From: Acidimicrobiia bacterium | GTDB taxonomy: Bacteria > Actinomycetota > Acidimicrobiia > IMCC26256 > JAENVU01 | NCBI GenBank assembly: GCA_025361725.1 | Contig: JANYJV010000010.1 | Span: forward strand, 6,541-70,540 | Direction of reading: 5' to 3' | DNA: 64,000 bases | Notes under the pieces: model-generated | The model's database searches: none | What the model was told of the DNA's origin: nothing | What the model saw: the letters and a program-made list of their open reading frames with translations, nothing else | Shown here: positions 28,622 through 39,440 of the stretch, one piece after another | How positions within the stretch are numbered: the first letter of the stretch is position 1 | How the letters are laid out: every line of letters begins with the position of its first letter | Made by a program: the position numbers and the translations under genes

Positions 28622-30019
28622 ATGGCTTACCCATATGCCGACCGATTTCCCGTGCTGCGGGGGATGCCGTCCGAAGGACGCGACCGCAATGCGATCGTGG
28701 CCGAGCTCCGCGAGCTCGCGACCGCTGAAGACAAGACGTGGGAGACCGGCAAGTGCTCCGGCACTATGTACTGCGGCGACCACGACCACTACGACTTCAT
28801 GAATGAAGTATTCGGGATGTACAGCCACATGAACGTGCTCCAGCGCGACATGTGCCCGAGCGCCACACGGTTCGAGGGTGAGATCATCGCCATGACCCTC
28901 GACCTGATGCACGGCACCGCGGCGCAGAGTGCCGACGACGGGCCGGTCGGTCTCATCACGTCGGGAGGCTCGGGCAGCATCCTCCACGCAGTGCTCGCGT
29001 ACCGCGAGTGGGCACAGAACGCGAAGGGCATTGCGCACCCGAACATCATCAAGCCCGAGACCGCGCACCCGGCGTTCAACAAGGCGTGTCATCTCGTCGG
29101 CGTTGAGCTGCGCCAAGCGCCGATCGACCCGGCCACCGCCCAAGTGGACCTCGATGCCCTTGCCGATCTGATCGACGAGAACACCGCGGCCATGATCGGT
29201 TCGGCCTGCAGCTACGGCTACGGCACCATCGACCCGATCGCGGAGATGGGACAACTCGCGCTGACCCATGACATCGGCCTGCACGTCGACGGGTGTCTCG
29301 GCGGATTCATCCTTCCGTGGGGCGAGCAACTCGGCTACGACATCCCGGCGTTCGACTTCCGCGTTCCGGGAGTCACGAGCATCTCGGCCGATACGCACAA
29401 GTACGCGTACGGACTCAAGGGCACGTCCGTTCTCTTGTTCCGCGATCGCATCCTGCGCAACGGTCAGTACTTCTACCTGACCGACTGGACCGGCGGAAAG
29501 TACTGCTCACCGGGTATCGACGGCTCGCGGTCCGGCGGTCTCCTCGCCGCCACGTGGGCGGGCATGGTCTCGCTCGGCGCCGAGGGATACCTCCGCTACG
29601 CGCGCGCAATTTTCGAGACGGCGTTCGCAATGCAGGACGCAGTCAAGGCGCATTCGGAACTGCGCCTCATCGGATCACCGACGTTCTGCTTCAGCTTCAC
29701 GTCGGACGATTTCGATATCTACCACGTCAACGATTTCATGCGGACTCGCGGTTGGCGCTTCAACGGTCAGCAGTATCCGAACTCGATCCACATGGCGGTG
29801 ACCCGACCGCAGACCCAGGACGGCGTGGCGGACGCTTTCGCCACCGACCTCGACGAGGCCGTTGCGTACGCGATCGAACACAAGGACGAGCCGGCCAAGA
29901 GCAGCGCCATCTACGGCGGAGTGGCCGGTGGCCCATCGCCCGACGCGACCACCTTCATCGAGTCGATCATGGCCTCGATGATGGACGAGCAGCAGGCCCT
30001 CCCCCCACTCACCGCCTAA
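28622..30019 (+). CDS. Sphingosine-1-phosphate lyase-like PLP enzyme (group II decarboxylase fold)
   Basis: GKCSGTMY, TSGGS, HPAFNKA, HVDGCLGGF, SADTHKY (PLP lysine), GGKYCSPGIDGSRSGG. Confidence 0.85.
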   Translation: MAYPYADRFPVLRGMPSEGRDRNAIVAELRELATAEDKTWETGKCSGTMYCGDHDHYDFMNEVFGMYSHMNVLQRDMCPSATRFEGEIIAMTLDLMHGTAAQSADDGPVGLITSGGSGSILHAVLAYREWAQNAKGIAHPNIIKPETAHPAFNKACHLVGVELRQAPIDPATAQVDLDALADLIDENTAAMIGSACSYGYGTIDPIAEMGQLALTHDIGLHVDGCLGGFILPWGEQLGYDIPAFDFRVPGVTSISADTHKYAYGLKGTSVLLFRDRILRNGQYFYLTDWTGGKYCSPGIDGSRSGGLLAATWAGMVSLGAEGYLRYARAIFETAFAMQDAVKAHSELRLIGSPTFCFSFTSDDFDIYHVNDFMRTRGWRFNGQQYPNSIHMAVTRPQTQDGVADAFATDLDEAVAYAIEHKDEPAKSSAIYGGVAGGPSPDATTFIESIMASMMDEQQALPPLTA

Positions 30020-30076
30020 CTCGGGGTTAGACGGCCCATCAACGCACGAGGATCCAAAGCTCTTTTCGACCGCGAT

Positions 30077-30113
30077 TGGGATCGGCGTCACGCCTTGCGT
30101 GACGCCGATCCCA
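30077..30113. terminator. Perfect 17-bp-stem hairpin between convergent genes
   Basis: TGGGATCGGCGTCACGC-CTT-GCGTGACGCCGATCCCA. Confidence 0.7.
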
Positions 30114-30298
30114 GACGCTGGGCAAGTATCGGACCGCACCCAAGCAGATGGCGACGTCATTCGACGGCGGGCACGTTTTGCGGAACGTCCCGGAATCTGG
30201 CACTACCCGTAGAACCGAGAGCCAGGCGACTTCAGTGCGCTTTGGGGCGCCCTGGGCCCCGAAAGCGCGGAAAGTCGGCGTTCGAACCACGCGGCGCG

Positions 30299-30871
30299 TC
30301 AGTTCGAGGGGAGGCGGTTCCAGTGGCGGATGACGCGGTAGTCGTGTTCGTGGCCGATCACCGAGATCGACGCCGGATCGAGCGCAACCACCCGCCCGGC
30401 CGCCGGCTCGAGGCCCACCGCGCAGGCGGTCAAGATGCGCAGGATGTGAGCATGGGCGAACAGCAGCACCCGGCCGTCGACGGCATCGCACCGTTCAATG
30501 ACCGCGGCGGCCCTTGCCGCCACCGCCGCGAGCGACTCACCCTCGGGGATCGGGTCGCTCCACACACTCCAACCGGGGATTTCCTCGCGAATCTCAGGCG
30601 TCGTGCGTCCCTCAAACACGCCGTAGTCCCACTCACGGAGATCGTCGACAACTTCCGCGTTCGCGAACCCAGCGATGCGCGCCGTCTCGCGCGCTCGGCT
30701 CAGTGGACTGGTGAAGACCGCGGCGAACGGCTGCCGATCCAGCGGGCGAAACAGCGCCGCGGCTTCGCGGCGGCCGGCGTCGGTGAGCGCAACATCAGTC
30801 CGTCCGGTGTGCTGACCCGTGGCCGTCCATTCCGTGGCGCCGTGGCGCACCAGCCACAGCTCCGGGTTCAT
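30299..30871 (-). CDS. Histidine phosphatase (phosphoglycerate mutase family)
   Basis: LVRHGATEW, SPLSRARET, LREWDYG, FAHAH. Confidence 0.92.
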   Translation of the reverse strand: MNPELWLVRHGATEWTATGQHTGRTDVALTDAGRREAAALFRPLDRQPFAAVFTSPLSRARETARIAGFANAEVVDDLREWDYGVFEGRTTPEIREEIPGWSVWSDPIPEGESLAAVAARAAAVIERCDAVDGRVLLFAHAHILRILTACAVGLEPAAGRVVALDPASISVIGHEHDYRVIRHWNRLPSN

Positions 30872-31554
30872 CGCGTCCGGTGCTCGACGCCGTTCTCCCG
30901 AGCGACGAGTACGTCCGTCACCAGGTTGAGGAACAGTCCGTGCTCGACGATCCCGGCGCGCCGGCTCAACATGCCCGCGAGGCGAGCCGCGTCTCGGATC
31001 GGCGGGAACGCACAATCGAGGATCCAGTTGCCTTCGTCGGTCACGTACTCAGCACCACCACCAGCGCGCCGGACCGCGACTCCAGCGCCCATGTCGTCGA
31101 GGTACTCGGCCTCAGGACGCCAGCCGAAGATCGCGACCTCGACCGGCAGGGCGATGCGTCCACCGAGCTGATCGGTCAACTTCGACTCGTCGACGATGAT
31201 CACTTCGCGCGCACTGGCCTGCGCCACCATTTTCTCGCGCCACAGTGCCCCGCCGGCGCCCTTGATGAGGTTGAAGTCCGGGTCCACTTCGTCGGCGCCG
31301 TCGATGGTGAGATCGATGGCCGGGTGCTCACCGAGGGTGGTGAGCTCGATACCCGCGGTGATGGCCTCGGTCTCGCTGGCACGGGAGGTGGGGATGCCGA
31401 GCACGCCATGGAGTTGCCCGTCCGCGATGCGAGCACCGATGGCCCGGATTGCGTGGGCGGCGGTGGTGCCGGTACCGAGACCGACCACCATTCCGGATTC
31501 GACCCACGAGGCGGCATATTCGCCGACGGCCTGCTTCTGCTCGTCCTGATTCAT
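30868..31554 (-). CDS. rpiA: Ribose-5-phosphate isomerase A
   Basis: [36 protein letters not shown]. Confidence 0.95.
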   Translation of the reverse strand: MNQDEQKQAVGEYAASWVESGMVVGLGTGTTAAHAIRAIGARIADGQLHGVLGIPTSRASETEAITAGIELTTLGEHPAIDLTIDGADEVDPDFNLIKGAGGALWREKMVAQASAREVIIVDESKLTDQLGGRIALPVEVAIFGWRPEAEYLDDMGAGVAVRRAGGGAEYVTDEGNWILDCAFPPIRDAARLAGMLSRRAGIVEHGLFLNLVTDVLVARENGVEHRTR

Positions 31555-32967
31555 ACCCGAGTCTCGCTTGTGGGACGGGCGAGCACCGGATCGTGCCACC
31601 CTCCATCCTTCGTGATGAGCCGATCGGCTTCCACTGGGCCCCAGGTTCCGGGTTCGTACGGAAGGGCCGGGCTGTGCTTCGTCAACACCTTGTCGACCAC
31701 CCGCCACGCCTGCTCGACGCCGTCTTCCCGAGCGAACAGCAATCCCTCGCCACGGATGGCATCGCCGATGAGTCGTTCGTACGGCGTCATCTCGTCCGGG
31801 TACTCGTTGCAGAGGTAGAGCTCGCGCGAGCTACCGACCATGGCTTCGCCCGGGACCTTCGCCCGAGCGCCGATCGCGATCGAGATCTCGGGTGCGAATC
31901 GGAATCGGACGTAGTTGCCATGCCCTTCCGCAACGTCGGAGTCGGCGAAGACGCGCTGGGGAGGTGAATGGAGTTCCACGTGCACCTCCGTGCACTTCTC
32001 CGGCAGGCTCTTGCCGGCACGCAGATACCACGGCACCCCTGCCCACCGCCAAGAATCGATGTGCAGCCGGCACGCGGCATACGTCTCGACGTCCGAGTCC
32101 GGCACGACGCCCGGTTCGGAGCGATAGCCGTCGAACTGACCGCGCACGAGATCTCGCGGCGTCATGGTCTCGACGGCGGCGAACACGCGCTCCTTGCCGT
32201 CGCGGAGGGCAAGGTCTCCCATCCCGAGCGGCGGCTCCATCGCGAGCAGCGCCATGATCTGGAAGAGGTGGTTCTGCACGACGTCGCGCAGCGCGCCGAC
32301 TTCCTCGTAGAACGCGCCTCGGCCCTGCACGCCGAAGTTCTCGGCCATGGTGATCTGCACGCTGGCGATGTAGTTGCGGTTCCAGATGGGCTCGAGGAAC
32401 GAGTTGGCGAACCGGAAGTAGAGGAGGTTCTGTACCTCCTCCTTCCCGAGGAAGTGGTCGATCCGAAAGACCCGATCCTCGGGAAACACCGAGTGGACGA
32501 TCCGGTTCAGTTCCTGCCCGGATGCGAGGTCTCGCCCGAAGGGCTTCTCGACAATGAGGCGCGCGTTCTCCGCTGCGCCGGACGAGCCGAGCGTCTCGAC
32601 CACCGGCCCGAACATGCTCGGCGGGATCGCAAGGTAGTGCGCCGGAGCCTTCGCGCCGACCTTGTCGAGTTCACGCTTCAGTTTGGTGAACGTCGCCGGG
32701 TCGGCGTACTCGCCGTGTACGTAGTGCATGGAGTCCATGAGGTGGTCCAGCGCCTTGGCGTCAGTGACGCCGCCGTGTTCGTCGATGCTGGCCCGAATCC
32801 GCTCGTCGAACGCCACGAGTTTGAGTTCGTCTCGGGCGATACCGATGACCGGCACGTTGAGATTCCCGTGGCGCGCCATCGCGTAAAGCGCCGGGATCGT
32901 CATCTTGTAGCCGAGGTCGCCCGTCGCACCGAACCAACAGAGGGCGTCGGCCTTCCCGATGCCTCGA

Positions 32968-32984
<17 letters not shown>
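31551..32984 (-). CDS. zwf: Glucose-6-phosphate 1-dehydrogenase
   Basis: [28 protein letters not shown]. Confidence 0.97.
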
Positions 32985-33978
<994 letters not shown>

Positions 33979-33992
33979 CTCTGTACTCCTTC

Positions 33993-35618
33993 TCAGTCCC
34001 GACGATCGCGCAGCTGCCGGTACCGGCGGATGAGCGCGTTCGTCGACGAATCGTGGGTGAGCTCCGCGTCGGAATCCAGTTCCGGGACGATCCGCTGCGC
34101 GAGTTGCTTGCCGAGTTCGACGCCCCATTGGTCGAACGAGTTGATGTTCCAGATCGCACCTTGGGTGAAGACCTTGTGCTCGTACAACGCGATGAGCTGG
34201 CCGAACGTGTGGGGCGTCAGTTCGGGCATCAGGATGGTGGAACTCGGGTGGTTGCCCGCGAACACGCGTGCTTCGACTTGATCCGTCTCCACGCCGTCGG
34301 CGATCACTTCCTCCCGCGTCTTGCCGAAGGCGAGTGCCTCGGGTTGCGCAAGCAGATTCGCCACCAGCAGATCCTGATGGTCGCCGAGCGGTTGGGCGGC
34401 ACGCGCCACACAGATGAAATCCGCCGGGATCAGCTTCGTGCCCTGATGAATGAGCTGGTAGTACGCGTGCTGGCCGTTGGTCCCCGCCTGACCCCAGACG
34501 ATCGGGCCGGTCTGCATCCCGACCGGCTCGCCCTCGCGGGTCACGGACTTCCCGTTGCTCTCCATGTCCAACTGCTGCAGGTACGCCGGCAGATGGGCGA
34601 GGTACTGGCTGTACGGCAGCACCGCGAGCGTTTCAGCACCGAAGCAGTTGCCGTACCAAACGCCGATCAGACCCATGAGCATCGGCAGGTTGGACTCAAT
34701 CGGTGCCGTCCGGAAGTGTTCGTCCATCGCGTGGAACCCGGCCAGCATATCGCCGAACTGGTCGGCTCCGATCGCGAGCATCAACGACAGGCCGATCGCC
34801 GAGTCGAACGAGTAGCGGCCGCCGACCCAATCCCAGAACCCGAACATGTTGTCCGGATCGATACCGAACTTCGTCACTTCGTCCGCGTTGGTGGACACCG
34901 CAACGAAGTGGCGCGCCACCGCGGCGTCGTCACGGAGTTTCGCGAGCGACCACTCGCGCGCCGAACCGGCGTTGGTCATGGTCTCGAGCGTGGTGAACGT
35001 CTTGGACGCCACGATGAAGAGCGTCGTCTCGGGATCCAAGTCCTGGGTCGCTTCACGGAAGTCCGAACCGTCGATGTTCGAGACGAACCGGTACCGCATC
35101 GAACGGTCCGAGAACGCCGCCAACGCAGTGGTCGCCATGCGCGGGCCGAGATCGCTGCCACCGATCCCGATGTTGACGATCGCGTCGATGCGCTTCCCGG
35201 TGTGACCGGTCCACTCGCCGCTCCGCACGCGCTCGGAAAATGCCGCCATGCGATCGAGCACGCCGTGCACCTCGGCGACAACGTTCACACCGTCGACGAC
35301 GATCTCGGCATCTCTCGGTGCCCGCAACGCGATGTGCAACACCGACCGATGTTCGGTGACGTTGATCGGATCCCCGCGGAACATCGCGTCCCGGAGTTCT
35401 TCCACGCCGGCGCGGCGCGCAACATCGGCAAGAAGCCCGATCGTGGCGCCGGTCAGCCGGTGCTTTGAGTAGTCCAGGAAGAGGTCGCCGGCCGTCGCGG
35501 TCAGGTCCTCGCCACGTTGGGGATCGTTGGAAAAGAACTCACGTAGATGCCGATCTTTGACTTCGTCGTAGTGCGCAACGAGCGCGTTCCACTCAGAGGA
35601 ATCCACCACACGCGTCAT
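33993..35618 (-). CDS. pgi: Glucose-6-phosphate isomerase
   Basis: [38 protein letters not shown]. Confidence 0.98.
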   Translation of the reverse strand: MTRVVDSSEWNALVAHYDEVKDRHLREFFSNDPQRGEDLTATAGDLFLDYSKHRLTGATIGLLADVARRAGVEELRDAMFRGDPINVTEHRSVLHIALRAPRDAEIVVDGVNVVAEVHGVLDRMAAFSERVRSGEWTGHTGKRIDAIVNIGIGGSDLGPRMATTALAAFSDRSMRYRFVSNIDGSDFREATQDLDPETTLFIVASKTFTTLETMTNAGSAREWSLAKLRDDAAVARHFVAVSTNADEVTKFGIDPDNMFGFWDWVGGRYSFDSAIGLSLMLAIGADQFGDMLAGFHAMDEHFRTAPIESNLPMLMGLIGVWYGNCFGAETLAVLPYSQYLAHLPAYLQQLDMESNGKSVTREGEPVGMQTGPIVWGQAGTNGQHAYYQLIHQGTKLIPADFICVARAAQPLGDHQDLLVANLLAQPEALAFGKTREEVIADGVETDQVEARVFAGNHPSSTILMPELTPHTFGQLIALYEHKVFTQGAIWNINSFDQWGVELGKQLAQRIVPELDSDAELTHDSSTNALIRRYRQLRDRRD

Positions 35619-35700
35619 CGGGCGAGTCTGACACGCAGCCCCACCAAAACTGGCGACCTCTCCGCCCGTCGCGACCATGCGGCCGGCGCCGGGCGCGCGC

Positions 35701-36462
35701 TCAGCCGAGGTCGACCCAGGAACTCAACCCGAGCGCATCGAGCAGATCCGTGATGCGCGCGGTGAGCCACGACAACCGGTCGAGCGCGAGGAGGAGACCG
35801 AACCCGAACAACACCGCAGCCGAGATGAACGCGATGAGACGGAGATGGCGCTTCAGCGCGTTCAGCGCGGTGGTGGACGCACCGAACGCCAGTCCGATGA
35901 CCAAGAACGAGACGCCCATCCCCACCGAATACGCGGCGAGCAGACTCACCGCGCGCGCCGAGGTCTGGGTAGCGGCGACCCCGAAGACCGCGGCCAACAC
36001 CGGACCGAGACACGGAGACCAACCGAAGCCGAATGCGGCGCCGACGATGGGTGCGGTCGCCCAACCGAACCGTCGGTTCACCTGGAACCGCTTCTCCGGA
36101 TACAGGCGCGGCGCCCGCAACACCTGCGAGCCCACGAGGTAGAGCGCCATGACCATGACGAGGATCCCGGACGCGCGGGTCAGGGTCTCCTGGTTGTCGA
36201 ACGCAGCCTGCCCGATGCCGCTGGCCGCGAGCCCGAGGATCGTGAAGACTGATCCGAATCCGAGCGTGAACAGCGCCGTCGTCACGGCAACGCGCCCGAG
36301 GTTGGCGCGCTCACCTTCTTGTAGGTCCGCCACCGAGACGCCGCTCACCACGCTGAGGTAGCCCGGAACCATGGGCAGCACACACGGCGACAGGATCGAC
36401 ACGATGCCCCCGCCGAACGCGACGAGCAGCCCCACGTTGTTTGCCGTCACCGCAAGAAGCAC
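35701..36462 (-). CDS. ccdA: Cytochrome c biogenesis protein CcdA
   Basis: SPCVLP and GWSPCLGP with multiple transmembrane segments. Confidence 0.92.
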   Translation of the reverse strand: MLLAVTANNVGLLVAFGGGIVSILSPCVLPMVPGYLSVVSGVSVADLQEGERANLGRVAVTTALFTLGFGSVFTILGLAASGIGQAAFDNQETLTRASGILVMVMALYLVGSQVLRAPRLYPEKRFQVNRRFGWATAPIVGAAFGFGWSPCLGPVLAAVFGVAATQTSARAVSLLAAYSVGMGVSFLVIGLAFGASTTALNALKRHLRLIAFISAAVLFGFGLLLALDRLSWLTARITDLLDALGLSSWVDLG

Positions 36463-36551
36463 GGCGCCAAGGTTACGGGGCGGCGGTCTGGCTCTCGGCG
36501 TCGCCGCCCGCGCCGACGGGTGCGAACTCGCGTGGCGGGTTGGGGATCAAC

Positions 36552-36576
36552 TAGGATGATAGCGAACGTGCGTTCG
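36552..36576 (+). promoter_or_regulatory. Putative -10 element (TAGGAT) followed by a LexA/SOS box
   Basis: TAGGAT at 36552-36557; CGAAC-GTGC-GTTCG at 36563-36576 matches the Gram-positive/actinobacterial consensus; RBS GGAGGAG at 36623-36629. Confidence 0.7.
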
Positions 36577-36635
36577 CACATACGCATCCCTTCGATGCCG
36601 GACGCACCTCGTGGCTTTCGGCGGAGGAGTGGTCA

Positions 36636-38111
36636 ATGCAAGAGCGTAGGAACACCGCCACGTCGAACTTTGGCGTGTCACGTCGCGAAGGGCACGATGC
36701 GTCTGCCTTTTATGAGCGGTTCCAAGCGCCTGCAGTATCGACGCTCGACGCAGTACCCCCTCCCAAGCCGATCGACGAGCCGTTCCAAACCGGAGATGCG
36801 CGTCACATGGACTCGGTCGCGGATGGTTCCGTCGCGCTGGTCGTCACATCACCGCCGTACTTCGCCGGCAAGCAATACGAAGAGGAACTCGAGCGAGACG
36901 GAGTCCCCGCCTCGTACCTCGAGTACCTCGACCTCCTCGAAGCGGTCTTCACGGAGTGCAAGAAGAAACTTGAACCGGGTGGTCGCATCGCGGTCAACGT
37001 TGCGAACTTGGGGAGAAAGCCGTACCGCAGTCTCTCTGCCGACGTGATTCATATTCTTCAAGACAAACTCGGCCTCTTGCTGCGCGGCGAGCTGATTTGG
37101 CAGAAGGGTGAGGGGGCGACCGGATCGTGCGCGTGGGGATCGTTTCGCAGCGCCGCGAACCCGGTGCTGCGCGACATCACCGAACGGGTAGTCATCGCCA
37201 GCAACGGACGGTTCGACCGCGCCCGTACCGTCAAGCAACGCGAAGCTGAAGAACTGCCGTACCAGAGCACCTTGATGACCGAAGACTTCATGGCGCTCAC
37301 GCTCGACCTCTGGGAGATCCCGCCGGAGAGCGCGCGTCGCGTCGGCCACCCTGCACCGTTTCCCGTCGAGCTCCCGGAACAGTTGATCCGGCTGTACACC
37401 TTCGACAACGACCTGGTGCTCGACCCGTTCATGGGCAGCGGATCTGCGCTCGTGGCTGCGGCACGGCTCAATCGGCGCTACGTCGGTTACGACCTGGATC
37501 CCGAGTACGTGACGATCGCTCGACAACGTGTGGCGGAGGAGCTCGAGCCGACGCCGCCGGCCCCGTCGTCTCGGACGCGAAAGCCGATCACGATTCCGGC
37601 AGGCGTTGCGGACGACGAGGACTTCCAGAGCCGGGCAACACGAGAAGGCAAGGCCGCGCAGAAACTCGCCGAAGAAGTGCTCGTCGGCGCGGGCTTTGCA
37701 ATCTCTGAACGGAACCGCAAGATTCGAAAGACCGGCGTGACCATCAACTTCATCGCACAGGATGCTGCCGGCGAAACTTGGTACTTCGACGTCTCCGGTG
37801 CATTCAAGTCGCACCGCGGTGGTCTGCTTCGCACCGATACCGTTTGGAAGTCACTCGGACGCGCCAATGCGTTACGAGATCAGGTGGCAGAGGGCGTCCC
37901 ACTCGTCTTCCTCACGACCCATCTCCCTCGGCGACCGAGCGAAGGTGACACGGCACTGCGGTCGGCGGGGCCGAACGCATTCTTCGATGCGATCGAAATG
38001 TTGACGGACGAGGGCAGGGCCCGACTCGAGCAGTATGGCGACGGCGGTCATACGGCAGAACCACTGACTGGATTCTGGACCACCGGAGATCTTGATCGGC
38101 GACGGCGGTAG
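36636..38111 (+). CDS. Beta-class amino DNA methyltransferase (N4-C/N6-A) fused to a C-terminal PD-(D/E)XK-like domain
   Basis: VTSPPY (motif IV) precedes HPAPFP and LDPFMGSGS (motif I); a Pro-rich linker leads to about 165 aa with a Mrr/YraN-like pattern. Confidence 0.88.
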   Translation: MQERRNTATSNFGVSRREGHDASAFYERFQAPAVSTLDAVPPPKPIDEPFQTGDARHMDSVADGSVALVVTSPPYFAGKQYEEELERDGVPASYLEYLDLLEAVFTECKKKLEPGGRIAVNVANLGRKPYRSLSADVIHILQDKLGLLLRGELIWQKGEGATGSCAWGSFRSAANPVLRDITERVVIASNGRFDRARTVKQREAEELPYQSTLMTEDFMALTLDLWEIPPESARRVGHPAPFPVELPEQLIRLYTFDNDLVLDPFMGSGSALVAAARLNRRYVGYDLDPEYVTIARQRVAEELEPTPPAPSSRTRKPITIPAGVADDEDFQSRATREGKAAQKLAEEVLVGAGFAISERNRKIRKTGVTINFIAQDAAGETWYFDVSGAFKSHRGGLLRTDTVWKSLGRANALRDQVAEGVPLVFLTTHLPRRPSEGDTALRSAGPNAFFDAIEMLTDEGRARLEQYGDGGHTAEPLTGFWTTGDLDRRRR

Positions 38112-38426
38112 ATGCCCGACATTGTTGCGTGCGCGATCGTGCACGACGATCCGCCCGAGGTCTTCATTGCCGAGGACATCGAAACGCTCAACTGGATACT
38201 CGCGTTGAAGCTCATCGCCCAGTGTCCAGGACGAGAGGTGCCCGAAACGATCCGTGCTGCATTGCGATCGGCGGTTCTCGACGAGCAGTGGGGACAGGCG
38301 GTCAGTCTTTGGATGGAAGTTCGTCCAGGAGCCATCGACGTGTATCCGTCGTACGAGTTGTACCGACCTGAAGATGTCGCGCTGGCCCACGAAGAGTTGC
38401 AGTTTTCGCGCCTCTTCCTCGACTGA
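38112..38426 (+). CDS. Small acidic hypothetical protein (104 aa)
   Basis: Starts immediately after the MTase TAG and overlaps the next gene by TGATG; 19 D/E versus 7 K/R. Confidence 0.75.
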   Translation: MPDIVACAIVHDDPPEVFIAEDIETLNWILALKLIAQCPGREVPETIRAALRSAVLDEQWGQAVSLWMEVRPGAIDVYPSYELYRPEDVALAHEELQFSRLFLD

Positions 38427-39424
38427 TGCCCGGCGCGCTCACTGAAGTCACCGAGCTTTCGACTGCGCTCGGCATGCTCGTTGAAGATCTCGCTCGTGGA
38501 GTCTCTCAGCGACCCTCCCGACTCCTGCACGTCAGCGACGAAGCCTGGGAACATTTCACCGACGGCTACTACGCCGGCGACCATCGATCGATGTTCGACA
38601 CCGCCTTTCAGAACGGCGTGTCGTTTCTTCGGGCAGAAGACGGGTTGCGCAATCGCCCGCCGAAGGTCGTGGAGTGGAAGGGTCCCCACCGACCACCCGG
38701 TGACGACGTCGTTCCTGCCGATCTTCGGATCGATCACGTGTACCAGGTGAGTTGTAAGTACCTGTCGCGCATCATGCAGAACCCGGGGCCGGCGCGACTC
38801 TTCGACCGTCTACTCGTCGGCGAGGCGCGAACGAACACGAGCTGGTTCGAATCCGTCGCGCCGACCGAGTACCAAGCGTTCTATGCCGCCGCGCGCGCTG
38901 CGGTACCGCTCGAACTCCCGATGAGCGTCGGCGATATGACGATCGAGCAGCGTCACCTTTTGAGAGACGCCCTTCGACCGCGTCGACTGCCACCATCGAT
39001 GCAGGTCCCCTGGGCGGACCTCTGCCGGGCGGTCTCGATCGGATCGGCTGCCCGTTGGCAAGCTCGCCTCCAATCAGATCGCGATCGTGTGCGACTGCTG
39101 TGGAGGCTCTTGCGAATCGGTGACGCTCCGTACTTCGTGCTCGGCTCAGACGAGATGCATCACATGCGGCTCCGTGTTGCGTCGGCCTGGGATTGGGTTC
39201 AGACGTACGAACTCCGATCCTTCACCGTCGAACCGAGACGCGCCGGCCAACCAGAAGTTGCCTGGACCGCGGATGTTCGTTCGAGAGCGACGAGAGCCGT
39301 GACCACCATTGCGGGTCACGTCGAAGTGCGATGGAGCCATGGCCGATTCAACGGATCCCCCGAGGCCAAGGTGTATCTGGACACGCCGCTGTCGGGGACG
39401 CCGGGCTACTTCCCGCTCGAATAG
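38426..39424 (+). CDS. Hypothetical protein, putative restriction-endonuclease-like nuclease
   Basis: PADLRIDHVYQVSCK resembles the D...SxK variant of the PD-(D/E)XK site; located in an operon with a DNA MTase. Confidence 0.55.
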   Translation: MPGALTEVTELSTALGMLVEDLARGVSQRPSRLLHVSDEAWEHFTDGYYAGDHRSMFDTAFQNGVSFLRAEDGLRNRPPKVVEWKGPHRPPGDDVVPADLRIDHVYQVSCKYLSRIMQNPGPARLFDRLLVGEARTNTSWFESVAPTEYQAFYAAARAAVPLELPMSVGDMTIEQRHLLRDALRPRRLPPSMQVPWADLCRAVSIGSAARWQARLQSDRDRVRLLWRLLRIGDAPYFVLGSDEMHHMRLRVASAWDWVQTYELRSFTVEPRRAGQPEVAWTADVRSRATRAVTTIAGHVEVRWSHGRFNGSPEAKVYLDTPLSGTPGYFPLE

Positions 39425-39440
39425 AGCGCGGACCTTCTCC

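Noticed and set aside
30228-30278. tRNA or ncRNA in the convergent intergenic region
   Set aside because: Only an imperfect hairpin (GCGCTTT-GGGGC...GCCCC-GAAAGCGC); no cloverleaf could be built despite a nearby GTTCGAA.
36480-39440. att sites or integrase around the MTase operon
   Set aside because: No flanking direct repeats, tRNA or recombinase were visible.
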